Numbered from the stretch's first letter, positions 1 through 8,191 are shown. The stretch is 32,000 nucleotides of DNA from Candidatus Saccharimonadota bacterium (GCA_016700135.1 CP065004.1:720001-752000), one strand, 5' to 3'. Translations and numbers: made by a program. The notes: generated by a model not told the origin, from the sequence alone.

Positions 1-622
1 CAAGACTTCGAATTGATGCAGCAAGCACTTCCACATGCTGTTTGTGCTCATTGCGCTTGGAATCGAACTCTTTGTACATTTTGATAATGTTTTTGATAAG
101 ATCGAGACCTCTATAACCCCGGTCATCCCAGCGTCCGATAAAAGGCGATACGAATGCAGGTTGAAAAGTCGGTAGGGTTGCTGCATAGACAGCTGCTGCC
201 TGATTCTGATCGAAAACAAGAGTCATATTTACTTTGCCCCCGCCTTTCACAAATTCATTTGCGGCTTTCAAACCTTCTGGAATGGTTGGGAATTTGATAT
301 ATATATTCCGTCCCCATTTATGCATTTCTTTGGCCTGCGCAAGCATCTGGTCAGCTTTTGTATCCCAATCCGCATATGTCTCGACCGATATCGGTCCGGC
401 TATTTCTTTGTCAATTTTTTCAATGATCTGGCGATACATATTGAGAAGTTCATCTTCTTTCAGTTTGTTTCCTTTTGCAAGATAAGCCTGTACCTCAGGA
501 TTTTTGGCGACGAGACTCGGATTTGTGGTTTGTCCGTCCAGGAAACCAAGAAGTGACTTTGCTTTTTTGGTTTCTTCAGGATCCCCGGAATCGAGGAATA
601 TTTTGGGTAATTTGATTGACAT
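1..622 (-). CDS. tal: transaldolase / fructose-6-phosphate aldolase family protein (C-terminal part runs off the window start)
   Basis: Reverse-strand ORF open to the window edge, so absent from the supplied track. ATG at 622-620. My translation is MSIKLPKIFLDSGDPEETKKAKSLLGFLDGQTTNPSLVAKNPE...NIYIKFPTIPEGLKAANEF...VNMTLVFDQNQAAAVYAA...FVSPFIGRWDDRG. This shows the TTNPSL, (I/V)K(F/I)P Schiff-base lysine and VSPFxGRxDD signatures of the transaldolase family. Confidence 0.85.
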   Translation of the reverse strand, partial: MSIKLPKIFLDSGDPEETKKAKSLLGFLDGQTTNPSLVAKNPEVQAYLAKGNKLKEDELLNMYRQIIEKIDKEIAGPISVETYADWDTKADQMLAQAKEMHKWGRNIYIKFPTIPEGLKAANEFVKGGGKVNMTLVFDQNQAAAVYAATLPTFQPAFVSPFIGRWDDRGYRGLDLIKNIIKMYKEFDSKRNEHKQHVEVLAASIRSL

Positions 623-636
623 ATCCAAGTAGTATA
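623..636 (-). promoter_or_regulatory. -10 box TATACT (631-636, minus strand) 8 nt upstream of the tal ATG
   Basis: The reverse complement of 623-640 reads ACGATATACTACTTGGAT followed by ATG. No Shine-Dalgarno-like purine run lies between them. Confidence 0.4.
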
Positions 637-689
637 TCGTATTTTGCCTCAGCAATCTAGTAATAAAACCGTAAGATGCATGAAGAAGG

Positions 690-701
690 TATAATATACT
701 G
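690..701 (+). promoter_or_regulatory. -10 box TATAAT (690-695) exactly 6 nt upstream of ATG 702 (leaderless-type)
   Basis: Sequence is ggTATAATatactgATG. Consensus hexamer with a 6-nt spacer to the start codon. Confidence 0.5.
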
Positions 702-1769
702 ATGAAACGTATTATTATTGTCACAGTACTTGTTCTTGTAGTCTCGGGTTGGCTGTATTTTTCCGGAGTCGGTGAGCAGGAGCAGAGTACATACACACCG
801 GTTTCTCCAACCATTATCACACCGGAAAAGCCGGTACCCGCAGATATTGCGCACGAGATGATGTTTATTCCGTACTGGAATATTCCTTCAGGTGAAGAAA
901 CTTCAGAATATGATTCACTTATTTACTTCGGAGTAGCTCCGGACACTGACGGATCTCTCAAAGAGGATGAAGGTCGGTCAAAACTCGAACTATTTATAGA
1001 ACGATCTTCATCTGCCAGGAAACAATATATCACCGTCCGTATGCTGAACACGGAAACGAATATTGAGATCCTTGAAAGTCCGGAAGCACAGGAAAAACTG
1101 ATCAGAGAAGTTACGGAAATTGCTCAAATATACCGATTTGACGGCATTGTACTTGACCTTGAGATGAGTGTGATTCCTTTCTCCGATACTAAGGAAGATA
1201 TCTCCGACTTTATTGAAAAAGTTTCCGGATCACTTCATCAGGAGAACCTTGAAGTCCTCATTACTCTTTATGGAGATACCTTCTATCGGGGCCGTCCGTA
1301 TGATGTATCCTTCCTGGGAGAGCAAGTCGACGGTATTTTGATCATGGCATATGATTTCCATAAAAGCAGAGGAGAGCCGGGACCGAATTTTCCGTTTGAC
1401 CGCAAGGAAGAATACGATTTTAAGCAAATGGTGCAGGATTTTTCGAAAAATGTTGATAACGAAAAAATTACGGTAATATTCGGCATGTACGGCTATGACT
1501 GGACACTTGGGGAACAGGGACTTCCGTTAAAGTCAGCTCAAGCAATACCTCTTTACGAAATTGAATCTGACATCCTGCCGGGATGCAACGGAGATTGTAC
1601 TATCTCGACGGATAAAACTTCTTCTGAAACCAAGGTCACATACTCAGACTCTGAAGGATATGATCATGTCCTGTGGTTTGAGAGTGAAGATTCAGTTGAG
1701 GTGAAAATGAAGTATCTTGAAGAGCAGGGGATAGGAAGTATCGGTTACTGGGTGTGGGGATACTTTTAA
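702..1769 (+). CDS. membrane-anchored glycoside hydrolase family 18-like protein (YaaH/YdhD-like chitinase or peptidoglycan hydrolase fold)
   Basis: 355-aa ORF with an N-terminal hydrophobic anchor (IIIVTVLVLVVSGWLYF). FDGIVLDLE at 1137-1163 corresponds to the GH18 DGxDxDxE catalytic strand. MAYDFH and GYWVWGY match later GH18 barrel strands. Confidence 0.7.
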   Translation: MKRIIIVTVLVLVVSGWLYFSGVGEQEQSTYTPVSPTIITPEKPVPADIAHEMMFIPYWNIPSGEETSEYDSLIYFGVAPDTDGSLKEDEGRSKLELFIERSSSARKQYITVRMLNTETNIEILESPEAQEKLIREVTEIAQIYRFDGIVLDLEMSVIPFSDTKEDISDFIEKVSGSLHQENLEVLITLYGDTFYRGRPYDVSFLGEQVDGILIMAYDFHKSRGEPGPNFPFDRKEEYDFKQMVQDFSKNVDNEKITVIFGMYGYDWTLGEQGLPLKSAQAIPLYEIESDILPGCNGDCTISTDKTSSETKVTYSDSEGYDHVLWFESEDSVEVKMKYLEEQGIGSIGYWVWGYF

Positions 1770-2872
1770 ACTTTCCAGCCCTGTGCTATCCTTCGTGCTT
1801 TAATATCCACTTCATAATTTTTTGCTTTTCTACGGATACCAGTACCTATCTGTACCATAACATTTCTCAGCGTTCCTCTCACGCCGATCAAACTCATCAG
1901 GTTGCTGTTGACACTCTTGAACTCATTGACATTTATTGCCGTGATGTCGGCGTAGCGGGCCATGTGAGTTGCCTGAGCGGCAATCTGATTTGAGAGCTGT
2001 GCACGAAGTGCGACATTCTGACGGGTATCGGGAGTATCTGCATTCTCTGCATTGATTTGGTAGGCTGAAGCTTTCTTGTATTCTGCTTTTAGTTTCTTTA
2101 TGGTTTGCTCCATCGCCGTCATTACTTTCGGAGCCATTTGAATCTCTCTCATAAGCTGCTGCATCTGAATGCTTTTTTCAGCTACTTCCTTCTCAAACGG
2201 CGTCATTTCCTCACCCTTTTTGAATCTTTCCACCAATGACTTTACAATAAGTTCCCGTGCATGTCTGTTGGCGGTAAGTCTCTCACTGGCTTCCTTTGCC
2301 GTAATTTTCCCGTCGATGAGATCCTGCTGTACCTGTTGAAGTTCTTGGTCAAGCTCTTGTTTCCTTTGTTCCGTTGTTTGTTCCTTTTGTTGATCTTTCT
2401 CAGCCACGGCCTTATCATATTCAGCTTTTTTCTTGTCGTGCTCGGCTCTTTGCGCGTTTACATATGCGTCTTTCTGATCCTGTGTCCAGTCACGGCGATT
2501 TCGATCTGCTTCAATCTGATCCCGGATTGCCTTCTCGTCGAATTTACCCGGATCAACTGGTTCCGACGCTTCCGGTGAAGGAGAGGCATCGGGCAATGTA
2601 TCTTCTGCCGCCGCTTCTGCGTTCGGCTTTCCGTATTTCTCGTTCAATCTATCCTTGTCAGTCACATCTTCCGGTGTAAGTGAATCAGGTTCAGCTGCAT
2701 TCAACTCATCCCTTCTGTCGCGCTCTGCAACTTCTAGTTTTGACTTTGTAAGTTCACGTTGTTCTTGAGGGGTAAGATCTTTTCTTTTTTCTAGGTCGCT
2801 GATACGGGATGTAAGCTTGTCTCTGACTGATTCAGGTTCGGCGTTTGCGCCAGTCGGTTCGACATCTGTCAA
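1766..2872 (-). CDS. hypothetical highly charged coiled-coil protein (TTG start overlapping the upstream stop)
   Basis: 368-aa ORF. The N-terminal two thirds are rich in E/K/D/Q/R (for example KKKAEYDKAVAEKDQQKEQTTEQRKQELDQELQQVQQDL) and the C-terminal ~100 aa are less biased. The only in-frame start after stop 2888-2890 is TTG at 2872-2870. I recognise no family. Confidence 0.6.
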   Translation of the reverse strand: MTDVEPTGANAEPESVRDKLTSRISDLEKRKDLTPQEQRELTKSKLEVAERDRRDELNAAEPDSLTPEDVTDKDRLNEKYGKPNAEAAAEDTLPDASPSPEASEPVDPGKFDEKAIRDQIEADRNRRDWTQDQKDAYVNAQRAEHDKKKAEYDKAVAEKDQQKEQTTEQRKQELDQELQQVQQDLIDGKITAKEASERLTANRHARELIVKSLVERFKKGEEMTPFEKEVAEKSIQMQQLMREIQMAPKVMTAMEQTIKKLKAEYKKASAYQINAENADTPDTRQNVALRAQLSNQIAAQATHMARYADITAINVNEFKSVNSNLMSLIGVRGTLRNVMVQIGTGIRRKAKNYEVDIKARRIAQGWKV

Positions 2873-3330
2873 ATCGGCAGGGGTTCTTCAGGAGCTCCAG
2901 CATCTGCGCCATCAGCAGCGGCAGCTGCTTCTGCTGCAGGACTAGACGGGGCAGGCGGCTCAACAAGATTTCCGTCGACCGGCGGGACAGTGCCCTCAAC
3001 AGGTGTCGAATCAACAGGAAGATCTCCTTCAAGCGGTGTAGATAATGGGCCAACCGGCGGCATTTCCGGAGCAATAGGTTGAGTGGAGGGCACATCAGGA
3101 AGAATGGCATCCATGTTCTTCAACACTGCTTCCGGTTGAAAATCTCCCATGATATCATCGGCAAAAGCTCCTTCAGCGCCTCCTCCTACAGCTGCTGACA
3201 AATTTTCCGCAGCGGCAAGATCCGGGGTGAATTGGGTGGCTGCCTCGGCTGCAGCCGGTGCTGCTTGAGAGGCTACATTTTCTGCAAGGTTTGATACTAT
3301 TTCCGCTCCTGCTGATACTCCGTCTGCCAT
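2869..3330 (-). CDS. hypothetical Ala/Pro/Glu-rich low-complexity protein
   Basis: 153-aa ORF. It starts 1 nt after the upstream stop and overlaps the downstream ORF by 4 nt (TTGA). Composition is strongly biased (AAPAAAEAA, PPVDGNLVEPPAPSSPAAEAAAAADGADAG). Coding is supported mainly by this tight operon packing. Confidence 0.5.
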   Translation of the reverse strand: MADGVSAGAEIVSNLAENVASQAAPAAAEAATQFTPDLAAAENLSAAVGGGAEGAFADDIMGDFQPEAVLKNMDAILPDVPSTQPIAPEMPPVGPLSTPLEGDLPVDSTPVEGTVPPVDGNLVEPPAPSSPAAEAAAAADGADAGAPEEPLPI

Positions 3331-3331
3331 A

Positions 3332-3664
3332 TTACTTGTTATCTACTAAATTGATAGCTTCTTCAATATTATCATTTTTCAAATGAGTCCGCATTTTTTC
3401 CAGTACCTGAGCAGTCTTTATCTGTTCGATAGCATCCATAATAATGACGAGGTACTTGTCTAACATAGGATATTTTTCAACAAACGTTTTTATTTTTGTC
3501 TGAAGGTCTTCGTCCGAGGAAAAGGGAAGAAGAGAAAGATACATTTTTGCAGAATCTTTGGCAATTTGGCGATTTATTTTCCCGTCTTTCAATAATCCCG
3601 CTAGAAGTTTGAGATACTCTATCTCCATTTTTTTCACAAACTCATCAGAAAGTGACATATACAT
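3332..3664 (-). CDS. hypothetical small helical protein
   Basis: 110-aa ORF in the same orientation and operon as its neighbours. No recognisable motif. An alternative ATG lies at 3658. Confidence 0.6.
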   Translation of the reverse strand: MYMSLSDEFVKKMEIEYLKLLAGLLKDGKINRQIAKDSAKMYLSLLPFSSDEDLQTKIKTFVEKYPMLDKYLVIIMDAIEQIKTAQVLEKMRTHLKNDNIEEAINLVDNK

Positions 3665-3695
3665 TAAAGCTATCAGAAAGAGGATAGCTAGTCAA

Positions 3696-4004
3696 TTACT
3701 CTAATTTCTTTTTGGATGTCCGAGTAGTAAAGCCGTATTTTTTGAATACACCCATTTCCTTGAGTTTCCACATAAAAAGGGCGCCTTTACTGCGGGCTTT
3801 CGAGTCGACGACAAACCTGAGTGCCTGTTCGAGAACGGGTCGGGGAAGTTCTTTGGACATTTTGATATAGAGCGCCTTCCTGCGGGGATCCTGAAGTTTT
3901 TCCGTTAGGTAAATGCCGAACGTCTGGAATTCACGTGAAATGTATTTATCCTCAACGGGGTCAAATCGTTTGAGAACGTCACCGATTGATTTCATATCTG
4001 CCAT
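3696..4004 (-). CDS. hypothetical small basic protein
   Basis: 102-aa ORF starting 3 nt after the GT4 stop. Lys/Arg-rich with a basic tail (TRTSKKKLE). I cannot name a family. Confidence 0.6.
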   Translation of the reverse strand: MADMKSIGDVLKRFDPVEDKYISREFQTFGIYLTEKLQDPRRKALYIKMSKELPRPVLEQALRFVVDSKARSKGALFMWKLKEMGVFKKYGFTTRTSKKKLE

Positions 4005-4007
4005 ACG

Positions 4008-5102
4008 TTATTTCGCAAGAATTTTTTTATAGACCTGTTCGTAACCTTCGACCATGGATTGCAGCGAGAAATGTTTTTCTACACGGGATCGGCAGTCTGC
4101 AGGACTGATTTCAGAAAGTCTTTCGTAAGCCTTTACTAAGCCCTGAATGCCATCATCGGGGTTGACGACAAATCCGGTTTTGCCGTTTTCGATCACTTCG
4201 GATACTGACCCGCGGTCAAAGCCGATGACAGGAGTGCCGCATGACATTGATTCGGCCATTACCAGTCCGAACGGCTCATACCAGTTGATGGTCATCAGGA
4301 ATGCTTTTGCATTCTGCATCAGTTTGACGACCTCAGGCTTTGAAAGCGAGAGTTCGTTGCTGACGGGCCCGATCCATTTGATTCTATCTGAAAGATGAGG
4401 TTCGACATCCTGCTTATAAAACTTCATGTCCTCAACGTTTCCTGAAAGCAGCAGTCTGCTGTTTGTTTTTTCTGCAAGCTCAATAGCCCAACGTATGCCT
4501 TTAGGATCCTGATATCTTCCGTCTGCATCTTTAGCGGCTGAAAGTCTCCCTAACCACAAAAGATAGTCATCCTTTTTCTCCTGATATGCATACAGATCAG
4601 TATCAATACCGTTGTGTACTACATCATAAATAACGGTGTGCTTAAACAATTTTTTATGTGCTTCAGAAATGGAAATAAGATGTGACTGGTTATCAAAAAG
4701 ACTGAACGCCTGATCAAACTCTGGAAATACCTGTCCGTGGATGGTCGTGACGATTGGCTTTTGGACATCTTTTGCAATAAGAAGCGGGAGGAATTCCGGA
4801 TAGGTATGATTGTGAATAATATCAAAGTCATTGCCGATCTCCCGCAGCTTATCTGCAAGAAGGGTAAGCATGGCAGTATGAGCATAAAAGGTGTTTTCAA
4901 AAGGCGGAAGTTCGCTCAACGCTTTCGAAACGACAGGGATAATACGGGCACCCGGAACATCACTGTCTCCCGTTCCTAAAATCGTAACATCATGTCCTTT
5001 TCTGATAAGACCGCTCACCAGATCGTATATCACTCGGGGTCGGGAAGCGGGGATAGTTGGTGTAACCGGACGTTTGAGAAGAGATACGATCAGAATTTTC
5101 AT
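4008..5102 (-). CDS. glycosyltransferase family 4 (GT-B fold)
   Basis: 364 aa. N-terminal MKILIVS...GHDVTILG Rossmann start. C-terminal EPFGLVMAESMSCGTPVIGFDRGSVSEVIENGKTGFVV is the GT4/GT1 E-x7-E nucleotide-sugar motif. Confidence 0.9.
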   Translation of the reverse strand: MKILIVSLLKRPVTPTIPASRPRVIYDLVSGLIRKGHDVTILGTGDSDVPGARIIPVVSKALSELPPFENTFYAHTAMLTLLADKLREIGNDFDIIHNHTYPEFLPLLIAKDVQKPIVTTIHGQVFPEFDQAFSLFDNQSHLISISEAHKKLFKHTVIYDVVHNGIDTDLYAYQEKKDDYLLWLGRLSAAKDADGRYQDPKGIRWAIELAEKTNSRLLLSGNVEDMKFYKQDVEPHLSDRIKWIGPVSNELSLSKPEVVKLMQNAKAFLMTINWYEPFGLVMAESMSCGTPVIGFDRGSVSEVIENGKTGFVVNPDDGIQGLVKAYERLSEISPADCRSRVEKHFSLQSMVEGYEQVYKKILAK

Positions 5103-5117
5103 ACCATTAGTATATCA
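5103..5117 (-). promoter_or_regulatory. extended -10 TGaTATACT (5109-5117, minus) exactly 6 nt upstream of ATG 5102
   Basis: The reverse complement of 5103-5120 reads ATTTGATATACTAATGGT followed by ATG. Confidence 0.5.
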
Positions 5118-5126
5118 AATATGAGC

Positions 5127-6296
5127 TTAGGACTGGGAGTCGGATTCAAGTTGTCTCTTTTGACTTCTCTTCTGTAAAAAGGTTTCAAGTCGATCTGCGA
5201 TTTCTGTAGGATAGCCGCTTCTGATATGCTCATGATAGAAATCAGGTCTTTCATCCAGATTTTTTAGGCCGCGGACTTTTGTTCTGTCAACTTGTTTTAA
5301 TTGAGATTTTATCGTTTGAAGATCTCCGGTCAGATCAACTCCAACCTTTTCACTCCATCCCGGCATAATTTCAGATATGTTGTCAAGTACTCTCTGAAGA
5401 CGCCCGTCTGCGGAAATGCCGGCAAGTGTACCAACCCAGTATGCAGGTTCACTCAGTAAAAATCGTGTCCATAAATCTTCCTCGAGCAACCGGGTAAGTG
5501 TGGGTTTCTTTTCTGTGGTGTCATCCCCTTTTTGTTTATCAAAATAATCAGGCGGTTCTTTGACCGATATACTCTGGTCTTTCCCGCCATGTGCTTCTGC
5601 TATATGATCATCAATCCGGGTGTTAATATTCAGTCTGTTATCAAGTTCATTCAATTTCTTTGTGTCTCCGTATCTCTGAGCGACAAATCGACTCACGGAT
5701 TCAGCAGAAAATGCATGTTTGAACGGAATGTCAAAAAGCTCCATCAGAAGCTGAATTCTCCCGATATGATAATCTGATCCTACGACATGAACAGGAAGAT
5801 CTTTCAGTTCAGGATGATCAGGAGAATCAAGATATTGATTACAGACATTTATCAAATTTTCCAGAGTATTTGTGGATTGATCTTCAGCCAGAACATCTGT
5901 TTGAGGAATCTCAGAGCGGGGATCGGATGTGATATATTCACGGATGAATTCGGCTTCGGAAGGATATTCATTGCCACCGGTTTTACCGCCCATAACCACA
6001 ATTTTCGTTCCTTCTCCGGCAGCATAAAGCGCTTTAGTGGCTGCAGCAATTTCTTTTGACCAATAGTTGATATCGGCGGTCGTATCACCGGTTGTCACGG
6101 TATTTGCTTTATCCCTGGTCTCATTGTTGAGGACCGGACCCTGACCGAACAACAGGAGAATACCCGGTTTTCTCGGTAAGGCTTTCACTTCAGGATCTTT
6201 CAGATATTCACTGAGACTATCAACAGAAGGGGATAACAGCTCTTTTGCAGGAGAAATGACGGCAGGCGGTTGGAACTCTGCATTTGTATCGGACAT
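5127..6296 (-). CDS. DUF218 (YdcF/ElyC/SanA-like) domain protein with a long C-terminal extension
   Basis: 389 aa. LLLFGQGPV...KIVVMGGKTGGNEYPSEAEFIREYI...DQSTNTLENL...VVGSDYHIGR matches the DUF218 core pattern. I do not recognise the last ~190 aa. Confidence 0.75.
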   Translation of the reverse strand: MSDTNAEFQPPAVISPAKELLSPSVDSLSEYLKDPEVKALPRKPGILLLFGQGPVLNNETRDKANTVTTGDTTADINYWSKEIAAATKALYAAGEGTKIVVMGGKTGGNEYPSEAEFIREYITSDPRSEIPQTDVLAEDQSTNTLENLINVCNQYLDSPDHPELKDLPVHVVGSDYHIGRIQLLMELFDIPFKHAFSAESVSRFVAQRYGDTKKLNELDNRLNINTRIDDHIAEAHGGKDQSISVKEPPDYFDKQKGDDTTEKKPTLTRLLEEDLWTRFLLSEPAYWVGTLAGISADGRLQRVLDNISEIMPGWSEKVGVDLTGDLQTIKSQLKQVDRTKVRGLKNLDERPDFYHEHIRSGYPTEIADRLETFLQKRSQKRQLESDSQS

Positions 6297-6311
6297 ACGT
6301 CAATAATATCA
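6297..6311 (-). promoter_or_regulatory. extended -10 TGaTATTAT (6303-6311, minus) exactly 6 nt upstream of ATG 6296. The TGA is the stop codon of the upstream GT4 gene.
   Basis: The reverse complement of 6297-6315 reads ATCCTGATATTATTGACGT followed by ATG. Confidence 0.5.
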
Positions 6312-7508
6312 GGATTTTGCAGGCGGCTGTTGAGTAAGTGTGATCGTCCGTTCGTACAGATTGTAAAATTTTCCGGCAATTTTATCCCAATTAAATTTTT
6401 CCAATACGCGTTTGTATGCATTTTCACCCATTTGCTTTCTTTTTTCGTCGTCTTCCAGCAGCATGTTGACCCGTTTTGCGATCATGTCGGATCTTTTTGC
6501 ATAGACCAGATATCCGGTTACGTCATCTTCCACGATTGTTTTTACACCGCCGCTTTGAGTGACGATCACAGGTGTCTTGTATACCATTGCTTCAAGAAGA
6601 ACAAGTCCAAGAGGTTCTTTCCAGACGGAAGGTGCGACGTAGACATCGGCTCGCAGATAAAAATCTTCGATCTTATCACCTTTATTCGGTGAAAGATACC
6701 CGACAATATGTACATTATCAAGCTTGTGTTCTTTTACCAGTTTTTCCAGATATGGTCTCTCAGGGCCGTCACCGGCAATTACTATCTCAGCATCTATTTT
6801 TTCGGCTGCCATGATCAGGTACTCGACACCTTTGTGCTCAGTCAATCTCCCGGTGAAGAGCACCATATGTTTGCGCTTGAATTTATATTTCTTGTCAATC
6901 CAGGAGACATCCCGGTCGAAATCTACATTGTTATCAATGCCCGAAGGTATGACTTTCGTTTTCTGATCAAATTCCTGACCGAACAATTTGAGATACCATT
7001 CTTTCGTAAAGTCACTGTTAGCCGTAATGAATGTTGCTTTTTGAGAAGCTGACTGCATAAGTGATTTCCAGCGTGTATCCTCCTTGAAGTAGTACAAATC
7101 ACTTCCGTGGGTGGTCAAGATAAAAGGAATCTTATAGAAGTTTGCAAGGTTTCGGGCAATGTGAGGGAGGAATGCAGTGTGAAAAACATGGATCACATCA
7201 GGCTTAAAATCTTCAATCGCTTTTGCAGTCTCCAGAAGATAATAATTCAGGAGCTCGATGAGTTCCATCGGGGTGAAGTCTGCGTATTTCTTGACTCCGG
7301 GTAGTTCGGGATTTCCGACGAAGACTCCCATTTGAGGAGGTTTGAGGTGATAGACTTTGGCCTGAGGAAGGTCATGTTTATCGGGAGCTACAATCGCGGC
7401 TTCAAAATTCTTTCCCTGAATTTTAACAAGCTGGTTTGTAAGTCTCCGCAGCCAGGCTCCGGAACCGTTGCCCCAAAGCGGAAACATGTATGTATATAAA
7501 ACACGCAT
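6309..7508 (-). CDS. glycosyltransferase family 4 (GT-B fold)
   Basis: 399 aa. EPLGLVLLEAMVYKTPVIVTQSGGVKTIVEDDVTGYLV is the E-x7-E motif. Overall length and layout are typical of GT4. Confidence 0.9.
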   Translation of the reverse strand: MRVLYTYMFPLWGNGSGAWLRRLTNQLVKIQGKNFEAAIVAPDKHDLPQAKVYHLKPPQMGVFVGNPELPGVKKYADFTPMELIELLNYYLLETAKAIEDFKPDVIHVFHTAFLPHIARNLANFYKIPFILTTHGSDLYYFKEDTRWKSLMQSASQKATFITANSDFTKEWYLKLFGQEFDQKTKVIPSGIDNNVDFDRDVSWIDKKYKFKRKHMVLFTGRLTEHKGVEYLIMAAEKIDAEIVIAGDGPERPYLEKLVKEHKLDNVHIVGYLSPNKGDKIEDFYLRADVYVAPSVWKEPLGLVLLEAMVYKTPVIVTQSGGVKTIVEDDVTGYLVYAKRSDMIAKRVNMLLEDDEKRKQMGENAYKRVLEKFNWDKIAGKFYNLYERTITLTQQPPAKS

Positions 7509-7523
7509 GCGACTATTATATCA
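7509..7523 (-). promoter_or_regulatory. extended -10 TGaTATAAT (7515-7523, minus) exactly 6 nt upstream of ATG 7508
   Basis: The reverse complement of 7509-7526 reads TTGTGATATAATAGTCGC followed by ATG. Confidence 0.55.
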
Positions 7524-7624
7524 CAACGGGTTTTCAGGACAAATAAAACCCATAGCAAACCGAGAAGTAAGAAGTCCTGCCTGTTCAACCAAAAGGTGCA
7601 GTTCATATAATTCCCGCCAGAACC

Positions 7625-8191
7625 TTAAGATTGTTCCTGAGCCTCAAATACTTGTTGTAGTTTTTGAAAGATTATGGGAAAAATTTCGGTCACTGTTTTC
7701 TTTTCTTCAGAGGTAAAATTCTGCAGAACGTATGGTTCTCCGGGGGTTCTGCGCTCAGGATCCCGATTATCAATGCCTATTCGTATTCTCCAGAAGTCTT
7801 TGAAACGAAGAGAGCTTTCAATGGAGGAAAGTCCGTTATGAATTTTGGGTCCTTTTCCCTGCTGGATCTTGAATTCACCCAGTTTGATATCCAGATCATC
7901 ATGGGCGACGAATAACGATGTAGGCTGTAGATCGTAGCTGGTAAGCAGTTTGTTTGCGGTAAATCCTGACCGGTTCATGTAGGTCCTGGGTTTGGCAAGG
8001 ATTGCGGGAAGATTGGAAGAGCTGTCCTGTTGGACCTTTGCAATATCAGCATCGGAATATTTATCAAATGCAAAGACGGTAGGCGAAGCAGTAACTTTAT
8101 CAAGCAGCCAGTCAGTAAACATAAAGCCGACATTGTGGCGGTTATGCACATATTTTTCACCCGGATTTCCCAGACCCATAAGGATTAACAT
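7625..8191 (-). CDS. pth: peptidyl-tRNA hydrolase
   Basis: LILMGLGNPGEKYVHNRHNVGF (Pth signature with the catalytic His), FVAHDDLD and GPKIHNGLSSI. I place the start at ATG 8191 (MLILMGLGNPG) rather than the track's TTG 8215, because TATAAT lies 6 nt upstream of 8191. Confidence 0.9.
   Translation of the reverse strand: MLILMGLGNPGEKYVHNRHNVGFMFTDWLLDKVTASPTVFAFDKYSDADIAKVQQDSSSNLPAILAKPRTYMNRSGFTANKLLTSYDLQPTSLFVAHDDLDIKLGEFKIQQGKGPKIHNGLSSIESSLRFKDFWRIRIGIDNRDPERRTPGEPYVLQNFTSEEKKTVTEIFPIIFQKLQQVFEAQEQS

Noticed and set aside
234-556. Plus-strand ORFs 234-485 (83 aa) and 320-556 (78 aa).
   Set aside because: They lie entirely antisense to the clearly recognisable transaldolase ORF (1-622, minus). 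Their composition is odd (Phe/Ile/Ser/Cys-rich) and they have no motifs. They are shadow ORFs.
2261-3110. ORFs 2261-2578(+), 2374-2679(+), 2832-3110(-) and 2845-3045(+), which overlap the charged and low-complexity genes.
   Set aside because: They are alternative frames of strongly biased (GAA/GCN/CCN-rich) sequence, where long open frames arise by chance. Their translations are Leu/Phe/Arg/Cys-rich nonsense, and the operon-packed frames explain the region.
3668-3689. Hairpin AGCTATC-N8-GATAGCT between the 102-aa and 110-aa genes, considered as an intrinsic terminator.
   Set aside because: The stem is only 7 bp and no T-run follows on the transcribed (minus) strand. It ends 3 nt before the next ATG. 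At most it could modulate translation or be coincidental.
7528-7551. Hairpin GGGTTTT-N10-AAAACCC downstream of pth, considered as the pth terminator.
   Set aside because: The stem is weak and A/T-rich, and no U-tract follows on the minus strand. It overlaps the -35 region of the GT4 promoter, so a terminator call is not supported.
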